This document shows positions 37,889 through 52,821 of a stretch of 53,734 nucleotides of DNA, in pieces. The DNA comes from Macrostomum lignano (Eukaryota). Below the pieces are notes generated by a model, which saw only the letters and a program-made list of their open reading frames with translations, did no database searches and was not told where the DNA came from. Each line of letters opens with the position of its first letter. The first letter of the stretch is position 1. The DNA is taken from the NCBI GenBank assembly GCA_002269645.1, contig NIVC01000123.1, forward strand, positions 1-53,734. Direction: 5' to 3'. The translations under genes were made by a program, and so were the position numbers.

Positions 37889-38194
37889 GCCCTAGCCGAC
37901 TTGGACAATTCCGAGATGGCTCACTTTGTGATTCTGTTTCGCGACGCCAAGTGCCAGTACCGGGGCCTGTACGGATTCATACCGGAATCGGAGGTGCTCG
38001 TCCGCCTGTCGGGCCGGGGCCCTCGGGACATCGATCACAGCATGGTTGATTGCTTCTTCAAATACAATTCTGGCAGCAAGAAATTCTCCGAGATAAAGTC
38101 TACTAAGCATCTCTCGCCAGCTATTGATGCGGTGAGCATTCAGGATCGATTCTGGAAGAATCAGGGTCGGTCTGCTAGTACTACTCGCAAGTAG
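37889..38194 (+). CDS. CAMSAP: CAMSAP terminal exon (CKK microtubule minus-end domain)
   Basis: CTCAG acceptor, HFVILFRDAKCQYRGLY...GPR...FFKYNSGSKKF...IDAVSI, stop at 38192-38194. Confidence 0.92.
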   Translation, partial: ALADLDNSEMAHFVILFRDAKCQYRGLYGFIPESEVLVRLSGRGPRDIDHSMVDCFFKYNSGSKKFSEIKSTKHLSPAIDAVSIQDRFWKNQGRSASTTRK

Positions 38195-38331
38195 TACATG
38201 TAAACAGGATTTGGAAACAATATTTTGTTTCTTTTGTTGTCCCGTGTAACTGCGCCACTGTAGCCTGATGCCGTATTGATAGAGCTGTGTGTAGGCTATG
38301 GGGATATCGTGTAATGTGCTTCAGTAGCTGT

Positions 38332-39608
<1,277 letters not shown>

Positions 39609-42195
39609 GGGACAGTCTCAAATTTTTTTTACCATTAGTAACTAGTGTTTGAAGTTGTTACCCTGTTCATCTAAAATTCGATTTCAATATTGTCTGTCTC
39701 AGAATATTAGGAGCCAAAAAGTGTGGTACATTTACAAGCGCACAGTGCTCTCCATACTGACAAGCTACTGCCCTGCATTACATTATATCCGACAAATCTC
39801 AACTGTCAGAACGGCTTATTATAAGAAGTGGTGATAATCTGTTTTGTAATAACTAGTTACTCAAACCATCTGATCTAATATTATATTTATATTTGACAGC
39901 CGCCTGTTTTAAATTAGAAATAATTACCCGGCTCGTGAGATTGTTAATTAATTCATGTCTAGTCCGCTACTGACTACTTTCTTCTACTCGTAATTGACGA
40001 ATAAAGAACAAAGACTGCCGACTGAATCGGTTTTTATTTTATATTATTATTTCTATAAATTTCTTTTGCACACGCCACTACTCTGGCCAGTAGTTGGGTC
40101 GCCTTTCTATGTTTTTTTGTTATACTGGGGTCCATTTTTGTTTTATTTTGCTCTTTAATTCAACCTATTTTATTGTTGTTATGGAAATTCAGTGAACTGT
40201 TAGGTCTGAGCTTTTATTCATGTACATAATTATTTATTTAGCATATATATCTTATATCTAATTAACCTAATTGAGTAGAGAGAGATATTACTTTGCCACA
40301 CAATCAGAACTAGAAGATCTTGCTTTGGCGTGCTAAATGTTTGAATGCTTTTGCTTTTCCACTTTGCCCGCCGCGATCACGCTGTGACGATTAATAAATT
40401 GTTATAATTTTACTAAATATTCCGCCTTATCAATGTTGATGATTGCAGCTCGTGCAATTATACTTGCGTTCAATTTCTGTTGCAATCCAGCGTCTACAGT
40501 CTAAGCACGCTGCTTTTATGATCTATACTACTAGTTAGCTGAGTCCATATGGCAGTAGTGTGTACAGAAAATTTATTGTTTTCTTTGTGCACGCACCAAT
40601 TTGAATCTTAGATACATGTATAAATAAATTTATTTACATTTAAGATTTGTAAGTTTCCCTGCTAATTTGCTAATGTTTTCCTCTTGCAAAAGCAATTTGA
40701 TAACTTTTTAATTGCACTTTGGCTGCTATTTAGTTTCTAGTGGAAAGCACTTTGGTTTATGCTGGCTTCCTTAAACTTCTCTGTTTTCAAAAAATAACCT
40801 TTATTCATTGTTGGCTTGCTTTGTTTCTTGAACTAACGAAGAGTCGCGATCTGTCTGTCTTAAGAATAATGCTTCCATTATTTATGATACCTTATTTCTT
40901 AATATAGCATTGCAAAGGTATATATATATATAAAGCAATTAGTAGCTTCTAATTAAATTAAGTTAAAACAAAGCTAGCTAGCAATTTATAGATTGGAACT
41001 CAATAATAGCACTTGAGTAGATCTTAGTTTTGCCCGAATGAATTGTGATTTGTGATGAATCGTGACTCCTGTTTTAAAGCCACGATATATTGACGACTGC
41101 ATTGTCGGTTTGTAAGAATTAAGCTAATTGACTACTAACAGGTTCTGGCCTGCTATCTAGCTAGCTATCCATTTTTGTTCTGTTTTGCTTTTCCTTCAGG
41201 TTGGATTTTTTCTCTTGTCTCTTGTCTTGCTTTTAATTTCATTGTGTTTAGCTAATTGCTGTTTTTTTAAACGCTTACTAATGACTAAATTTGTGATACT
41301 ATACTTTGAGAGAGTCATTACTGTGCTTATAAAGCCTGAGTGATATTATTATGGAGCAAAGTTTGTTTGATCAGCGATCAAATAATCTGTTGAAGATGTT
41401 ATTATAAATATTTGTAGATTAATTTTTGTTCCTAAATCAATAATGTTCTTTGTTCTTCTGCCATTTTCGTTTCTATTATTGCGTGTTAATCAGTAGTAGC
41501 TCATGCTTTTAAAAAATAGAAATAACTCTACTGATTATTAAAGTGCAATTATAAATTCTTCTCGTTTTCGAAGCTTCGTCCGTACTTCATATAGTGCGTG
41601 CTATTGAATTGACACTTTTCTGAAAACTGCGCTGGACAAAAAGTAATATAAATTGACTCACTGTTGAAAATATCTAGCGGCTCTCTGCTAGGGTACGTTG
41701 CTTTTTATTCGTTGCTTTTATTGGTTGCTTTCACTGAGGACTGCCTTTGTATTTTCTCTTTGCCAGTCCGTACAATGCTTGCTCTGTTCCATTTGTTCCA
41801 CTTCGTTGCCATTGCAAGTTTCGCGAAGAAAACTTTTCCCGCTTCAATTGCCCTGAGTTAGTCAAATATATTTAATAAATTATATCTATCGTCCATGGGT
41901 TCCTGTTGGACTTATTTGATGACACAGTTGACCTTATTTGAAATTTTCTGAGTACCGAGGCTTCACTGTATGTTTCTCTGATTTATTTTTTCTGCATGCA
42001 GAAGTATAAAAACGCTTAACGTTTTGCCTGATTTTCTTTGTGCAATTAAAAATAGGAGTGGAGTGGCTTAATATACTGTAATTTTTTAAGCCCAACGTTT
42101 CTTGGAAATACGAATTTCGGGATTTAAGCTGTAAAATTTTGAACTACTGTCAATAAATGACATTGGCATTACATGTAAGTACCCCACACGAGCGC

Positions 42196-42480
42196 AATAA
42201 TAATAATCAAAATTGATTACAGCTGCCCTAATGGGCAGATGTGAAACCGACAGCTCAGCCGCAGCTGCAGCTCAGTGCAGCATCTGAAGGCTGCGTACGG
42301 CTGTTCAGTCCAAGGACTGGGGGGTCGCTATATATTATACTCGTACCCTCCGTCCTCCGATTTAATGCCGTTTTAAACCTGGATGGAGTGAAGCAATGCA
42401 GAGTTAATTAACGTGTCTTGCTCAAGTACACAGATTGTTCTGAATGGGTAGTAAATCGAACCCCTGACCTTCCAGCAAGG
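42196..42480 (-). mobile_element. tRNA-derived SINE copy (5'-truncated), same family as 48721-49031
   Basis: Reverse complement matches the 3' half of the 48.7-kb copy (CTGAACAGCCGTACGCAGCCTTCA...CTGTCGGTT..ACATCTGCCC), with (TAT)n tail and B box GGTTCGATT. Confidence 0.75.
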
Positions 42481-45400
42481 ACTATATATATAGTTATAGT
42501 ATAGTATACTATACAATATAATTAGTATATAATAATGTATAATATAATATATATATGCAATACATATAGTTAGTATACTACTATAGTGGACTGTACGTAT
42601 AGCTATATACAGTGGTCCTTGTCTTCCAGTCATAATTCCGTCGATGTCGTTGGATGTTAGAGTAAGCAACTCTACAATCCCACAAGGTTGCTAAGTTTGC
42701 GGCAAATAGGATCGTTGCCTCGTAGACACGCGTCTCGCAATACTTTAAAGACAGCTTTGTCTTATTTAATACATTCCTTAAGCCAAATAGTGCTATGTTA
42801 AATCCTTAAACTATAAAGGGTTGTCTTCGTTACTCGGCCATTTGTTTATTCGTAATTGAAATTAGTGTGTTTTCAAAAAGTGTGCAATCTGAGGGAGAAT
42901 GCCTCGAATTTAAAATTCGTTTTAAAGTACGATATTTAAAATTCGTACAAGGTCCTACATTTTTTCTTGCCAAAGAAATACGTTTTGGCAGGGAAGCCCA
43001 TGACATAATCTTGATTAAATCATGGTTCTTGTCAGTATCTTTACTCTAGCGAAGGTTGTCAGTTTATTTAAATTGTTAAGGATGGTCTAGGCCTAGCCTA
43101 GCATGTGCAAATGGCAATGCAATGCTGCAATGCAGATAAACTAGGGCAGGGCCGTCGGGCGGCGGGCACTACCCTACGCCTACGGCTATGCTCCTACGGG
43201 CGGCCATACATTAATTACATGACAGGCCTACGCACAGCTATACTTTAAGTCCCAGGCCCAGTATAGGCCTATGGCTAGTAAAGTTTTTAGATGTGTTTAA
43301 TTTTATTTTAAAATTAGGCCTAGGACCTAGTTAACAGAAAAATTTAAATGTTGTTTCATTTTATTAATACTAGGCCTAGTCATTTCTCATAATATTGGTA
43401 CTAAAGCTATAAATTCCCATTGTCTAGCCCAGATTAGGCCTAGGCCCTAGCCTAGGGCTAGGCCTGCCACCTATTATCTAGACTTTGGAATCAAGTGCAA
43501 AGGCAAGGTCTTAAGTGTAAGCCTACTCTTAGCTTAGTAGCCTTAGTAGTAGGCTAAGCCTATATGCATGTTATATTAGCCTATTAGGCTATATTTATTA
43601 AATGTTTTTTAATTTGGATCACATAAAACTTAATATACTAGGGGCCTATAATATATAAATTATAAACCAACTTTAAAAATTAAACATTTATATTTTTTAG
43701 GCCTAAGTAAGGCTAAGTCCTAAGATTTTTTATAGGCCTGTGGCAGTTGTTATTATTATGTTAACCATATAATTAGCAAAACAATTATTTTTATAGTCAA
43801 CACAAAACAAATACCATCTAAATGAAGTGACAACTTGCTGTATAAATATTAAGATTTAAATAAATAACAAAACGTGTTATTGATAAATATGATAATAACT
43901 TCTAGTGGTTCTTGTCATAATAGCTTAGCTACTTTAGGCAATTTTTAATTATTACATTGTTATTTAACTGAGAATTTTTTTATATGACCATAAAAATAGC
44001 CATTTTGCTTCTTACCTCTGGTGACCATAAAAATAACAGTTTTGCTATTGATACAGTTAGGCCTATATTAAGTAGGCCTAAAGACCATAGGCCTAGATAG
44101 TATCTTATATGTTAATCATAAAAATAACTGTTTTGTTAGATCCCAATTCAGGATCCCAATCCTGATCCTAACTTGGTTAGGACCTGGGTGTTTTTTTTAG
44201 ATTCCTGACATTGTGAATAAGTATCAGGAGTCGGGAAAAATCAGGCAGGATTATAAAAAGTTTTTACATTTAAATCATATATCCTAAAAATGAGTTGTCT
44301 GTGGGTAGGTAGGTAGGTATGCAATAAATTTATTTCCTAAATAACATTAAAAGCAATTTTGAAAGGATTAAATAGGGCAAAAAATGCCAAATTTATTTGT
44401 TTATTTAATTTAAGCCTTCAAGGTTATTTTGATTTTCTAAAATATCTTGACTTAAATGAATCAATCAACTTACTTGAACAAAAAGTAATTGTAAAGCTCA
44501 ATTTTGTACTAAAAGTGTTATTTGATAATCTTTAATTATTGGAAATACTAACAAAATGAAATTATAAAGTTTAGTACAAAAATATGACAATAGTCAAATA
44601 GGTTGAGGTTTGAAATTCACTAACTACTGAATTTTCTTTTTACTTAACTGCTAACTGCTCAACAAAACTTGACTTGAATACTCAGCTTGAACTCCCAAAG
44701 TTTTGTCAAGTACTTGACTTGACCAAAACCTGAGTTTGTTTTGGCTCTATAATCTAGTAGTACTAACTTATACTAAACTACAAGTTAGGCTAGTATATTA
44801 ATATCAGTTGACTACTAATACTAATTAATATATGTGCCTATATATCTTATATCTAAAGCTGAGTGGATCGATTGACTAGCCAGGTTTATTGTGCATATCC
44901 TCTTAGATGGCTGGGAACTCAAATGCGGGATTTATATATTAATGCAGAACTTTCCTAGGCAACAAATAGGCTATTTAAATGGTAAAGTTTTCAAAATTAT
45001 TTCTTAAAAAAGCAGAAAACTGTTTTCTCAACCTTATTTAGCCACTTCTTCTGCTCTGAACTAAAAATTTGCATCAATTTTAAGTGATTGCGCCACAACT
45101 TTTTCTTATCTTGGCATTGCATTTTCTCTCTAGTAGGGGGATAGGGGCATTCTAAGCAGCTGCATATGTACATTTGGACACTTGCTAATTGGTAGACAGT
45201 GAAATTCAATGCTTAAACTTGCAAGCATCTCACTGTAGTAGGCTGTGAATGTACACTAAAAAATTCAATGTTTTAAACTGGGAAATTTCAAATACAAACT
45301 GTTCCTCAAGTTTTGAACTTTGAGAGAAAAGACTTATATTGCTAGAAAGAGTTTAGGAATATAATTTGTTTGCTTTGAGTATGAAAACTAAAAGCACAGC

Positions 45401-46304
45401 ATTCAAAAAATGATTTCTATACTTTTAACTTTCTGCAGAGATTTTACTTATTTTTGCAAGATGCAATGGATAAATTTGGGAGCTTCAACTTCTAATTGCT
45501 GCTGTGTATTGGAGGGTTGATTTAGATTGCTCAATCATTTTGTTAACTTTAACTGAGACTGATACTGACTGAAATTGATTGCACAATCAATTGGTTCAAT
45601 TGGTTAAATTTTTTTATTATCAGCGCCTTCTAATAGGTAGCTCTGTGTAGCTTTAACCTTAACCCTAACCACTGAATACTGTATTTAGGCTTGACAATTA
45701 GAAAACACCTTTTATACACTTCAATTCAGTAGTCTATTGATTAAGTTAAAGGATTACAACTTGAAAGAGATGATGTTGATAGAGTTTCATTTCACAGAGA
45801 GAATTTTGATGACTATCTATTTCACGAAGAGGATTTTTAGGGATTTCTGATTTCATGGAAAGGATTTTGAGGGATTTTGGAGAGGATTTGGATGATGGGA
45901 TTTGGGTCATAGGATTTAGCTGATGGATTTCAGGGAATGGAATTCTGGTGATAGGAGTTCTTCCCCTTTCTCCTCCAATGGATAAGTTGGCCTCATTATA
46001 ATAATAAATGCATCTTTACTTAGCCATCATATACCTAAATAAGCCTAGATGCCAATGGTAAATCTTGATACCAATCCTGAGTCCCAACTTTTATGAATTC
46101 AATCTCTCCCAATCCCACCCAACCAGATTTTTTCTCTCCTTGTTGTTGGGCTCTATACTCAATGCCAACAATTTTCATTATGTTTAAAACCTTGGTAAAA
46201 CCTTAGTCTTGGCAAAGACTAGAAATTTGCTATAATTTGTAACCATAGCTATAAGCTAAAAAATTGCCATAGCCATAATCTATAATGAAAATATAGCTGC
46301 AAAG

Positions 46305-46855
46305 GTGCCACTCTTTTATAGTTGACATGGTGCCTCTTATGTTATATATGGTGTTTCTTTTATGTTAGACATGGTGGCTCTTTTCTATTTTACACTGTCT
46401 ATTTGATGTTAGACATGGTGTCTCTTTTATGTTTGACATATTGGTTCTTTTATGTTTGATATGGTGGCTCTTCTATGTTTGACATGGTGGCTCTTAAACT
46501 ATGTTTCACATGGTGACTCTTTTTTTGTTTGACATGGTGGTTCTTTTATGTTTGACATAATGGCTCTTTGTTTGACATGGTGCCTCTTATATATTTGACA
46601 TGGTGGCTCTTATGTTTGACATAGTGGCTTTTTTAGGTTGTATATGGTGGCTCTTTTATTTTTGACATGGTGCTTCTTATATATTTGACATGGTGGCTCT
46701 TTTATATTTTTGACATGGTGATTCTTTTATGTGTGTCTTAACATATCTTTTATGTTTGAAATGGTACCTGTTTTATGTTTGACTTGGTACCAATTTTATG
46801 TTTGATATGGAGTCACTTCTATATTTTACATGGTGACTCTTCTATGTTTGACTGC
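46305..46855. repeat. Degenerate ~22-24 bp minisatellite (TGTTTGACATGGTGGCTCTTTTA-like)
   Basis: GACATGGTG core recurs about 20 times. Confidence 0.85.
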
Positions 46856-48720
46856 GCTTTTTTATGTTTAGCATTTTTGTGTTTTTAGGGGTTTTTTAAT
46901 AAAAAAATATTTTGCACTACTAAGATTTGAACCCAAGTTGCTACATTAGTAGTCCAGTCTGTCTGCGTCTAGGCTACCTCTTGTCAATTGAAGAACTTGA
47001 ATTGTGGCCCTTATAATTCAATTCTTGCACTATCTCAGTTGAAGTAAAAATTATAACATAATCAATTTCTTAGTCAGCCAGTATTAGTTTTAATTTAAGT
47101 TAGCAATATAGTTACCCAATTTCAATGAAATATGGTATTATGTTTCAACACAATATTTTTAACACTATAGGCAGTTAAAGTCAGTTTCAAAATTCAGCTA
47201 GTACATTGACAATAAATAAATACAACATGGTTACACAATCTCAATCAAGTCTTGTGCTTTTTGACACATTTTCAACTTGTTCTGATATAATCTTTGTCAA
47301 AGTCAGTATTTAGTTAGTTTTTTCTCTAGCATTTTTACAATGCATTTCAAGTTGAAAATTCTGCTTGACCTTTGCAAAAAGCATGTTTTTTTTGAATCTT
47401 TAATCTCTTTAGCATTGAGGAATTTCTTAGCCTCAATACATGTACTATCATGGGAAAATTTCTGATAAAATGGTTCAAATTTAAAGAAAATCAGTTGAGC
47501 CCATTTTTCAGAAAAATATTTTTCTAGAATATTTTTGCTTGGGATTCACATGCATTTGTAAGTTTGGTTTGGAGCATTCTAGTGTGCACTCAGCATGATC
47601 TAGACCATTGCGATTAGGCATAGGCCAAAGCTCAGGTCCTTTAAAACTTGACAATAGGAATCTAGCCTGCTCAACTTCCTATATACTAAAAATGAGTTGT
47701 TTGTATATTTGTCTATAATCTCTTCTTCTCTGTTTTCTCTTTTTCTCCTTTCTCATGTCTCTATTCCCTCTTCTCTATTCAATTTCCTCTCCCTTTTCTC
47801 TAGATTGCAGTCATGTTTTAGATTCTTTAACTGGCCCTTAAGATAAAAAAGTTTGCTGACCCCTGTCATAAAGGATTTGACATCATGTTCTAGGTAGCTG
47901 ACTTTCATTGTGGACACTTGCTTTAAAATCATTTCTCCTGAGAAATTAGCAATGGTAATTTTCAAAAGTTCATAATATATGTTGTTTATTTAAACATTTT
48001 AATTTCTTTTTCTTGCCTCACCAACAGGAACTCAAGAAGGTGAAGATTGCTAGTCAATCCTTCTAGCATTTATCAGAACAATTATTAGAACCTGAAAAGT
48101 TCTTCAATTCAATTTTTAATTTAAACTCTTAATTCTTATTGAACATTATAGTGCATGTAGTTATGTGTAGCTACAGAAAAATTAAGATATGAATATGAAA
48201 TATGTATAGGCTATAGAAAAATTCTGTTATTGAAGTAGTCTATGTATAGCCAAATAGGCATGCATTATCACTAGCCTTTAATGAAGCCTAAGGCCCTGAG
48301 AAGTCGATTAAAACTGAACTTAAAGTCTCCGCTTTATCCTGCTACAATGGGATAAGCAGCTCTGATAGTTGCGAACTTGCAAGCTCCTATAGCATACATG
48401 CGCAACCTCCAAAATTCGGTCGGCCGTGCGACTTAGTTTTTGGCCAAAAATGTAAAAAAAACCCTAAAGCAAAATTTACGCAACTTTGGGTAAACAGCAG
48501 GAGTAACTATGACAGTCTTATTAAGGCAAAAAGCCTTGTCATCTACTCAGTACTACTTTGGTATTTATTTGGGTGGGCATTTTTGCGACTACCTTGGTTG
48601 GCCACCAAATCAGTCGGCTATAGTTCCAGCGCTGAAAAAAGTGTACACAAACCCACAACATTACATTTTCTGTAATTGCAGGGCATCAGGCAGCTTTCTA
48701 TTATCTGTTAAGATGTTAGG

Positions 48721-49031
48721 GAGGTTGTAGCCTCGTGGTTAGGGCATTGGACTCACGACTGAAAGGTCGGTTGTTCGATTTTCGACTCTTTCAGAACAAT
48801 TTGTGACTGTGTCCTTTAGCAGGACACTTGACTCTTCAGTTCACCCCGCTGTAAAATGGCATTTGTTGGGGTAATTGAGGGTGTGTGTGGCGACCCCCCC
48901 CCCCCAACCAAGTCCTTGGACTGAACAGCCGTACGCAGCCTTCAAATGCGCCACGCAATAGCTGCGGCTGAGCTGTCGGTTGCACATCTGCCCAATTGGG
49001 GGGGGCAGGTGTTATCAATTATTATTATTAT
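48721..49031 (+). mobile_element. Full-length tRNA-derived SINE (~310 bp)
   Basis: A box TAGCCTCGTGGTTAGGGC, B box GTTCGATT, central GTGTCCTT..GCAGGACACTT hairpin-like block, (ATT)n tail; second copy at 42.2 kb. Confidence 0.78.
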
Positions 49032-49693
49032 GAGAATGATATAACAAACTAGAATTTTTTTCATTTAAGTGTTTACAGTACGATATACAGCATTGGGTTA
49101 TTTTTCAAGTTTTAGAAACATTTCTGCATTCACTGGGACCAAAAAAGCAAGAATGAAAATTAAAATTAAGTTTGATTTATTAACATTGATTTATTAGAAA
49201 ATCTGTGCATAAATCTCAAACTCCCCATCTTAAATTAAGGGGAGGCAGCATAGAGACACGCGCGTGGATTTAACTACCCAGCTTTTTAAAGGATGCTGAC
49301 TTGTAGATGCACTTGTCGATGTACTGTGTAGAGCAGGGGAAAAAAAGAGAAGTGGTTTGAGGTGGGAGAGAAACGCTGCCTTCCCCTACCCTTCTCTCTG
49401 CTTTCTTCCCTCGGTTTAAGATCGGCGGCCCACCTCTTCGGGGCTGTACAATCGTGCAAAGCAAACTGTTGGATAGGAGAGGCATACAGAACACAGAGAA
49501 GATACTAAAGCAGATTATTGGTTCCCAGAACCTCGCTACCCAGCCCAGAGAGTGAGGAATGACGGAGAAGGGGTAGCTGACATCTAGAGAGAGAGAGAAT
49601 TTAGCTCGAAGACTGAAAAGCCTAAAACATGTATATTAAAGCTAGTTCCGAACATTTTTCGGAAGTATTGATTCGGTGCTAATATTAGAAATC

Positions 49694-50801
49694 ATGAGCA
49701 CACGCGGGAAATACGAATTTGAGCTGGCAGTCTATGGTGAATACTTCTACTCAGCCCTGCATTGTATGTCGGCAAACTCGATGATGACGCATTCAATGCA
49801 TGCCGGACAACTGGAGCCGCCTCCGCAGCAGCATTTGCAGCCGCATTTGCAGCAGCCGCAGCAAAATCAACAACAATCGCAGCAACAGCAACAGCAGCAA
49901 TTCTGGCCTAGTAATCCTTTACTAGAAGATTTTGAAAGTCAACTATCCGAAATTGCATTGTCGAGCAGTTTTTGGCAAAATTTTCTATTACCTCTGCAGC
50001 CGCAGCAGCAACAGGAGCCTCCGCCTCCACCGCCGTTCTACCAGTCTTCTTCCACATTGGATTTCACGGGAACAGCCGAGCAATTACAATCCTTGTCTAA
50101 TTGTTACACCCTATTACACGAGGCTAGTAATAGTAGATCCGCTACTAGTAGTAGTACTTCTAACGATAATATGCAACGCAGGCGATCCAATAGTAGGCGG
50201 TACGCTCAGCATCGTCAAATGATTCCTTCACCTCCGCCTCTGCAACCGTCAGCTTCGGCGTTTGCCTCAGAAATGCCGCATCATGGTTCTACAGCGTCGC
50301 ATCTGGGATATCAGCAGCAGCAGCAGCAGCAGCAGGGTTCTAATGCTCCTATGCTAGCCGCGCTAATGGCTGCTAATGCTCAATCTAATCTGCTGAATCC
50401 TTCGCCGCTGGATCACCAGCCGCCGCCGCCGGCCCACCAGCAGCAGCATCAGCGCCGTCAGCCTGGCGTGCCAACCGCTCTACAGAATGCCGCTACAGCC
50501 AATGGCGGCTTGTTTACCCATTTGAAAGTGTCTACAGCGTCTGAGCAGCATCATAACCTGCGTAGCCATGCTGGTAGTTCATCATCTAGCCAGCAACAGC
50601 AACAGCACAATTTGCGTAGGCATCATCAACAGCAGCAGCAGAGACAAGCTAGTAGTAATAATCAGGCTTCTTCTTCTCATTCTCTACATCAGCATCAGCA
50701 GCAGCAGCAGCATCAACAGACGTCGAATCCTGCTCTGATGGCCTGTCTGAATGGCGCTGGCGGCGGTGGGATCGGTCGTGCCGATTCCACTGTTGGCGCT
50801 G
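49694..50801 (+). CDS. PIAS: PIAS-family gene, Q/P/S-rich 5' exon (start codon uncertain)
   Basis: Long open low-complexity frame; phase-1 donor GTAAGT at 50802 is frame-compatible with the next exon. Confidence 0.6.
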
Positions 50802-51517
50802 GTAAGTTGTTAGTCACTCCTAGCTAGTAGCGATTTATCAATAAACGAATGCGTATGCAGAGACCAACTATATTTAGCTGGTGATAGTATGCTGCTTTAC
50901 TGATAGATTGACCTGCAGAAATTGGCAGAAAAAAACCTGATGGATTGATGTGACAGACGAAATTCGTTAAAGACGTTACCGTGACAAGAATCGCTAAGGA
51001 GTCATTTCAAACACCTCACTACTGAATCTAGCGACTTTGTGGCGACACTTGTGACCTTTTAACGTCACAAACCACTGTAATGTGACGGACTGGCGTCACA
51101 GAGTTGCAGGATCGTGAAAAGTTGTTATAAATGCGAAATGCGATTCTGAATTCATAAACTGACGCAGATGCGCTTTAGACGCAACTCATTGATTCTACAG
51201 CGACTCTGGCACGATTCTTACCCGAATTACGACTTTTTGGCGACTTGCACCGTGACATCATCTCGTCGTTTTATTGTCGTCTAGAGCCACTTTTTTCCTA
51301 TTTTACCTGTAATATCTGCAACAATCACACTGGGACGCTTCTTGGCCTAGGCACAGTTTTTACTGGGACAAATTATTGGATTGATGGAGTGGTGACAGAC
51401 AAAAAATTGAACAACTGACAGTCAACTAATGGATATTTATACTGATTTAGTTGGCGCATAAATCAGAGCTGTCTCAAAACCAGTCTCACGCACTCCTATT
51501 CTCACACCATCCCGCAG

Positions 51518-51840
51518 TTCACCACAGGAAGCGGTCCGGCGATTTCAGTTTCCCAACATTCGATTCGTCCTCGGCTCAGTCAGTTTCATCCTCAATTTTT
51601 GGCGGCGCCGCCTCTATTGTGGACGAATTCCTGTCGGGCTGCTCGTCCTCATCTTTTAGTCATCATAATCACCATCACCAGCATCATCATCATCATCATC
51701 ATCATAGCTCGCCGTCTTCGGCTAGGCCTGACAGCGTACTGCCAGAAGAGTTGCCATTTTTTGAGCACCTAAACACTTTGTTGAAGCCTACATTATTGCG
51801 TCCTAGCCGATCGAACGGGCATAATCAGTATCAGCAGCAG
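51518..51840 (+). CDS. PIAS: PIAS exon with poly-His tract and start of PINIT region
   Basis: CCCGCAG acceptor (phase 1); ELPFFEHLNTLLKPTLL resembles the PIAS LPFY..L.ELIKPT motif; donor GTGAGA at 51841. Confidence 0.78.
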
Positions 51841-51957
51841 GTGAGAATTTTTTTTCATTTTAGTTCGGTATTTACGAGTATTAAGTATTTCTTTGAGAGT
51901 TTTGCTTAGCGAGTGATAATCTCAGTGTTGCCTGTAGAATTCAGTAGGTATCTAGAG

Positions 51958-52690
51958 GACCCAGATCCCAATGGGAGTTGTGAGGGATAGATCCCAATGG
52001 GAGTTGTGAGGGATTGGGATCCCAATGGGAGTTGTGAGGGATAGATCCCAATGGGAGTTGTGAGGGATAGGGATCCCAATGGGAGTTGTGAGGGATAGAT
52101 CCCAATGGGAGTTGTGAGGGATAGGGATCCCAATAGGAGTTGTGAAGGATAGGGATCCCAATGGAAGTTGAGAGAGATAGGGATCCCAATGGGAGTTGAG
52201 AGGGATAGGGATCCTAATGGGAGTTGTGAGGGATAGATCCCAATGGGAGTTGTGAGGGATTGGGATCCCAATGGGAGTTGTGAGGGATAGATCCCAATGG
52301 GAGTTGTGAGGGATAGATCCCAATGGGAGTTGTGAGGGATAGGGATCCCAATGGGAGTTGTGAGGGATAGATCCCAATGGGAGTTGTGAGGGATAAGTAT
52401 CCCAATAGGAGTTGTGAAGGATAGGGATCCCAATGGAAGTTGAGAGAGATAGGGATCCCAATGAGAGTTGAGAGGGATAGGGATCCCAATGGGAGTTGAG
52501 GGATAGGGATCCCAATGGGAGTTGAGGGATAGGGATCCCAATGGGAGCTGAGTGATAAAGATCCCAATTGGAGTTGAGAGGGATAGGGATCCCAATTGGA
52601 TTTAAGAGGGATAAGGATCCCAGTGGAAGTTGAGAGGGATAGATATCCCAATGCGAAGTGAGAGGGATAGAGATCCCAATGGTATCTGTG
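51958..52690. repeat. ~28-30 bp minisatellite (GGGATCCCAATGGGAGTTGTGAGGGATA) in PIAS intron
   Basis: Directly visible tandem units. Confidence 0.94.
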
Positions 52691-52821
52691 AGAATAGTAA
52701 TCCACAAGCAAGCATACAAACCTTAAAGATTTAGTATACTTAGATTAGGTTTTAACTGTTTGAATTTTGATGCCATACATATAAATAACACAAAATGATA
52801 AAGCAATTATTTTGACTTCAG

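Noticed and set aside
48721-48790. Possible tRNA genes here, at 2194 and at 3620-3687
   Set aside because: A/B boxes are present but no complete cloverleaf or acceptor stem, and two continue into SINE-like bodies.
51906-52719. Minus-strand PIGI/SHWD repeat ORFs
   Set aside because: Antisense frames of the PIAS intronic minisatellite.
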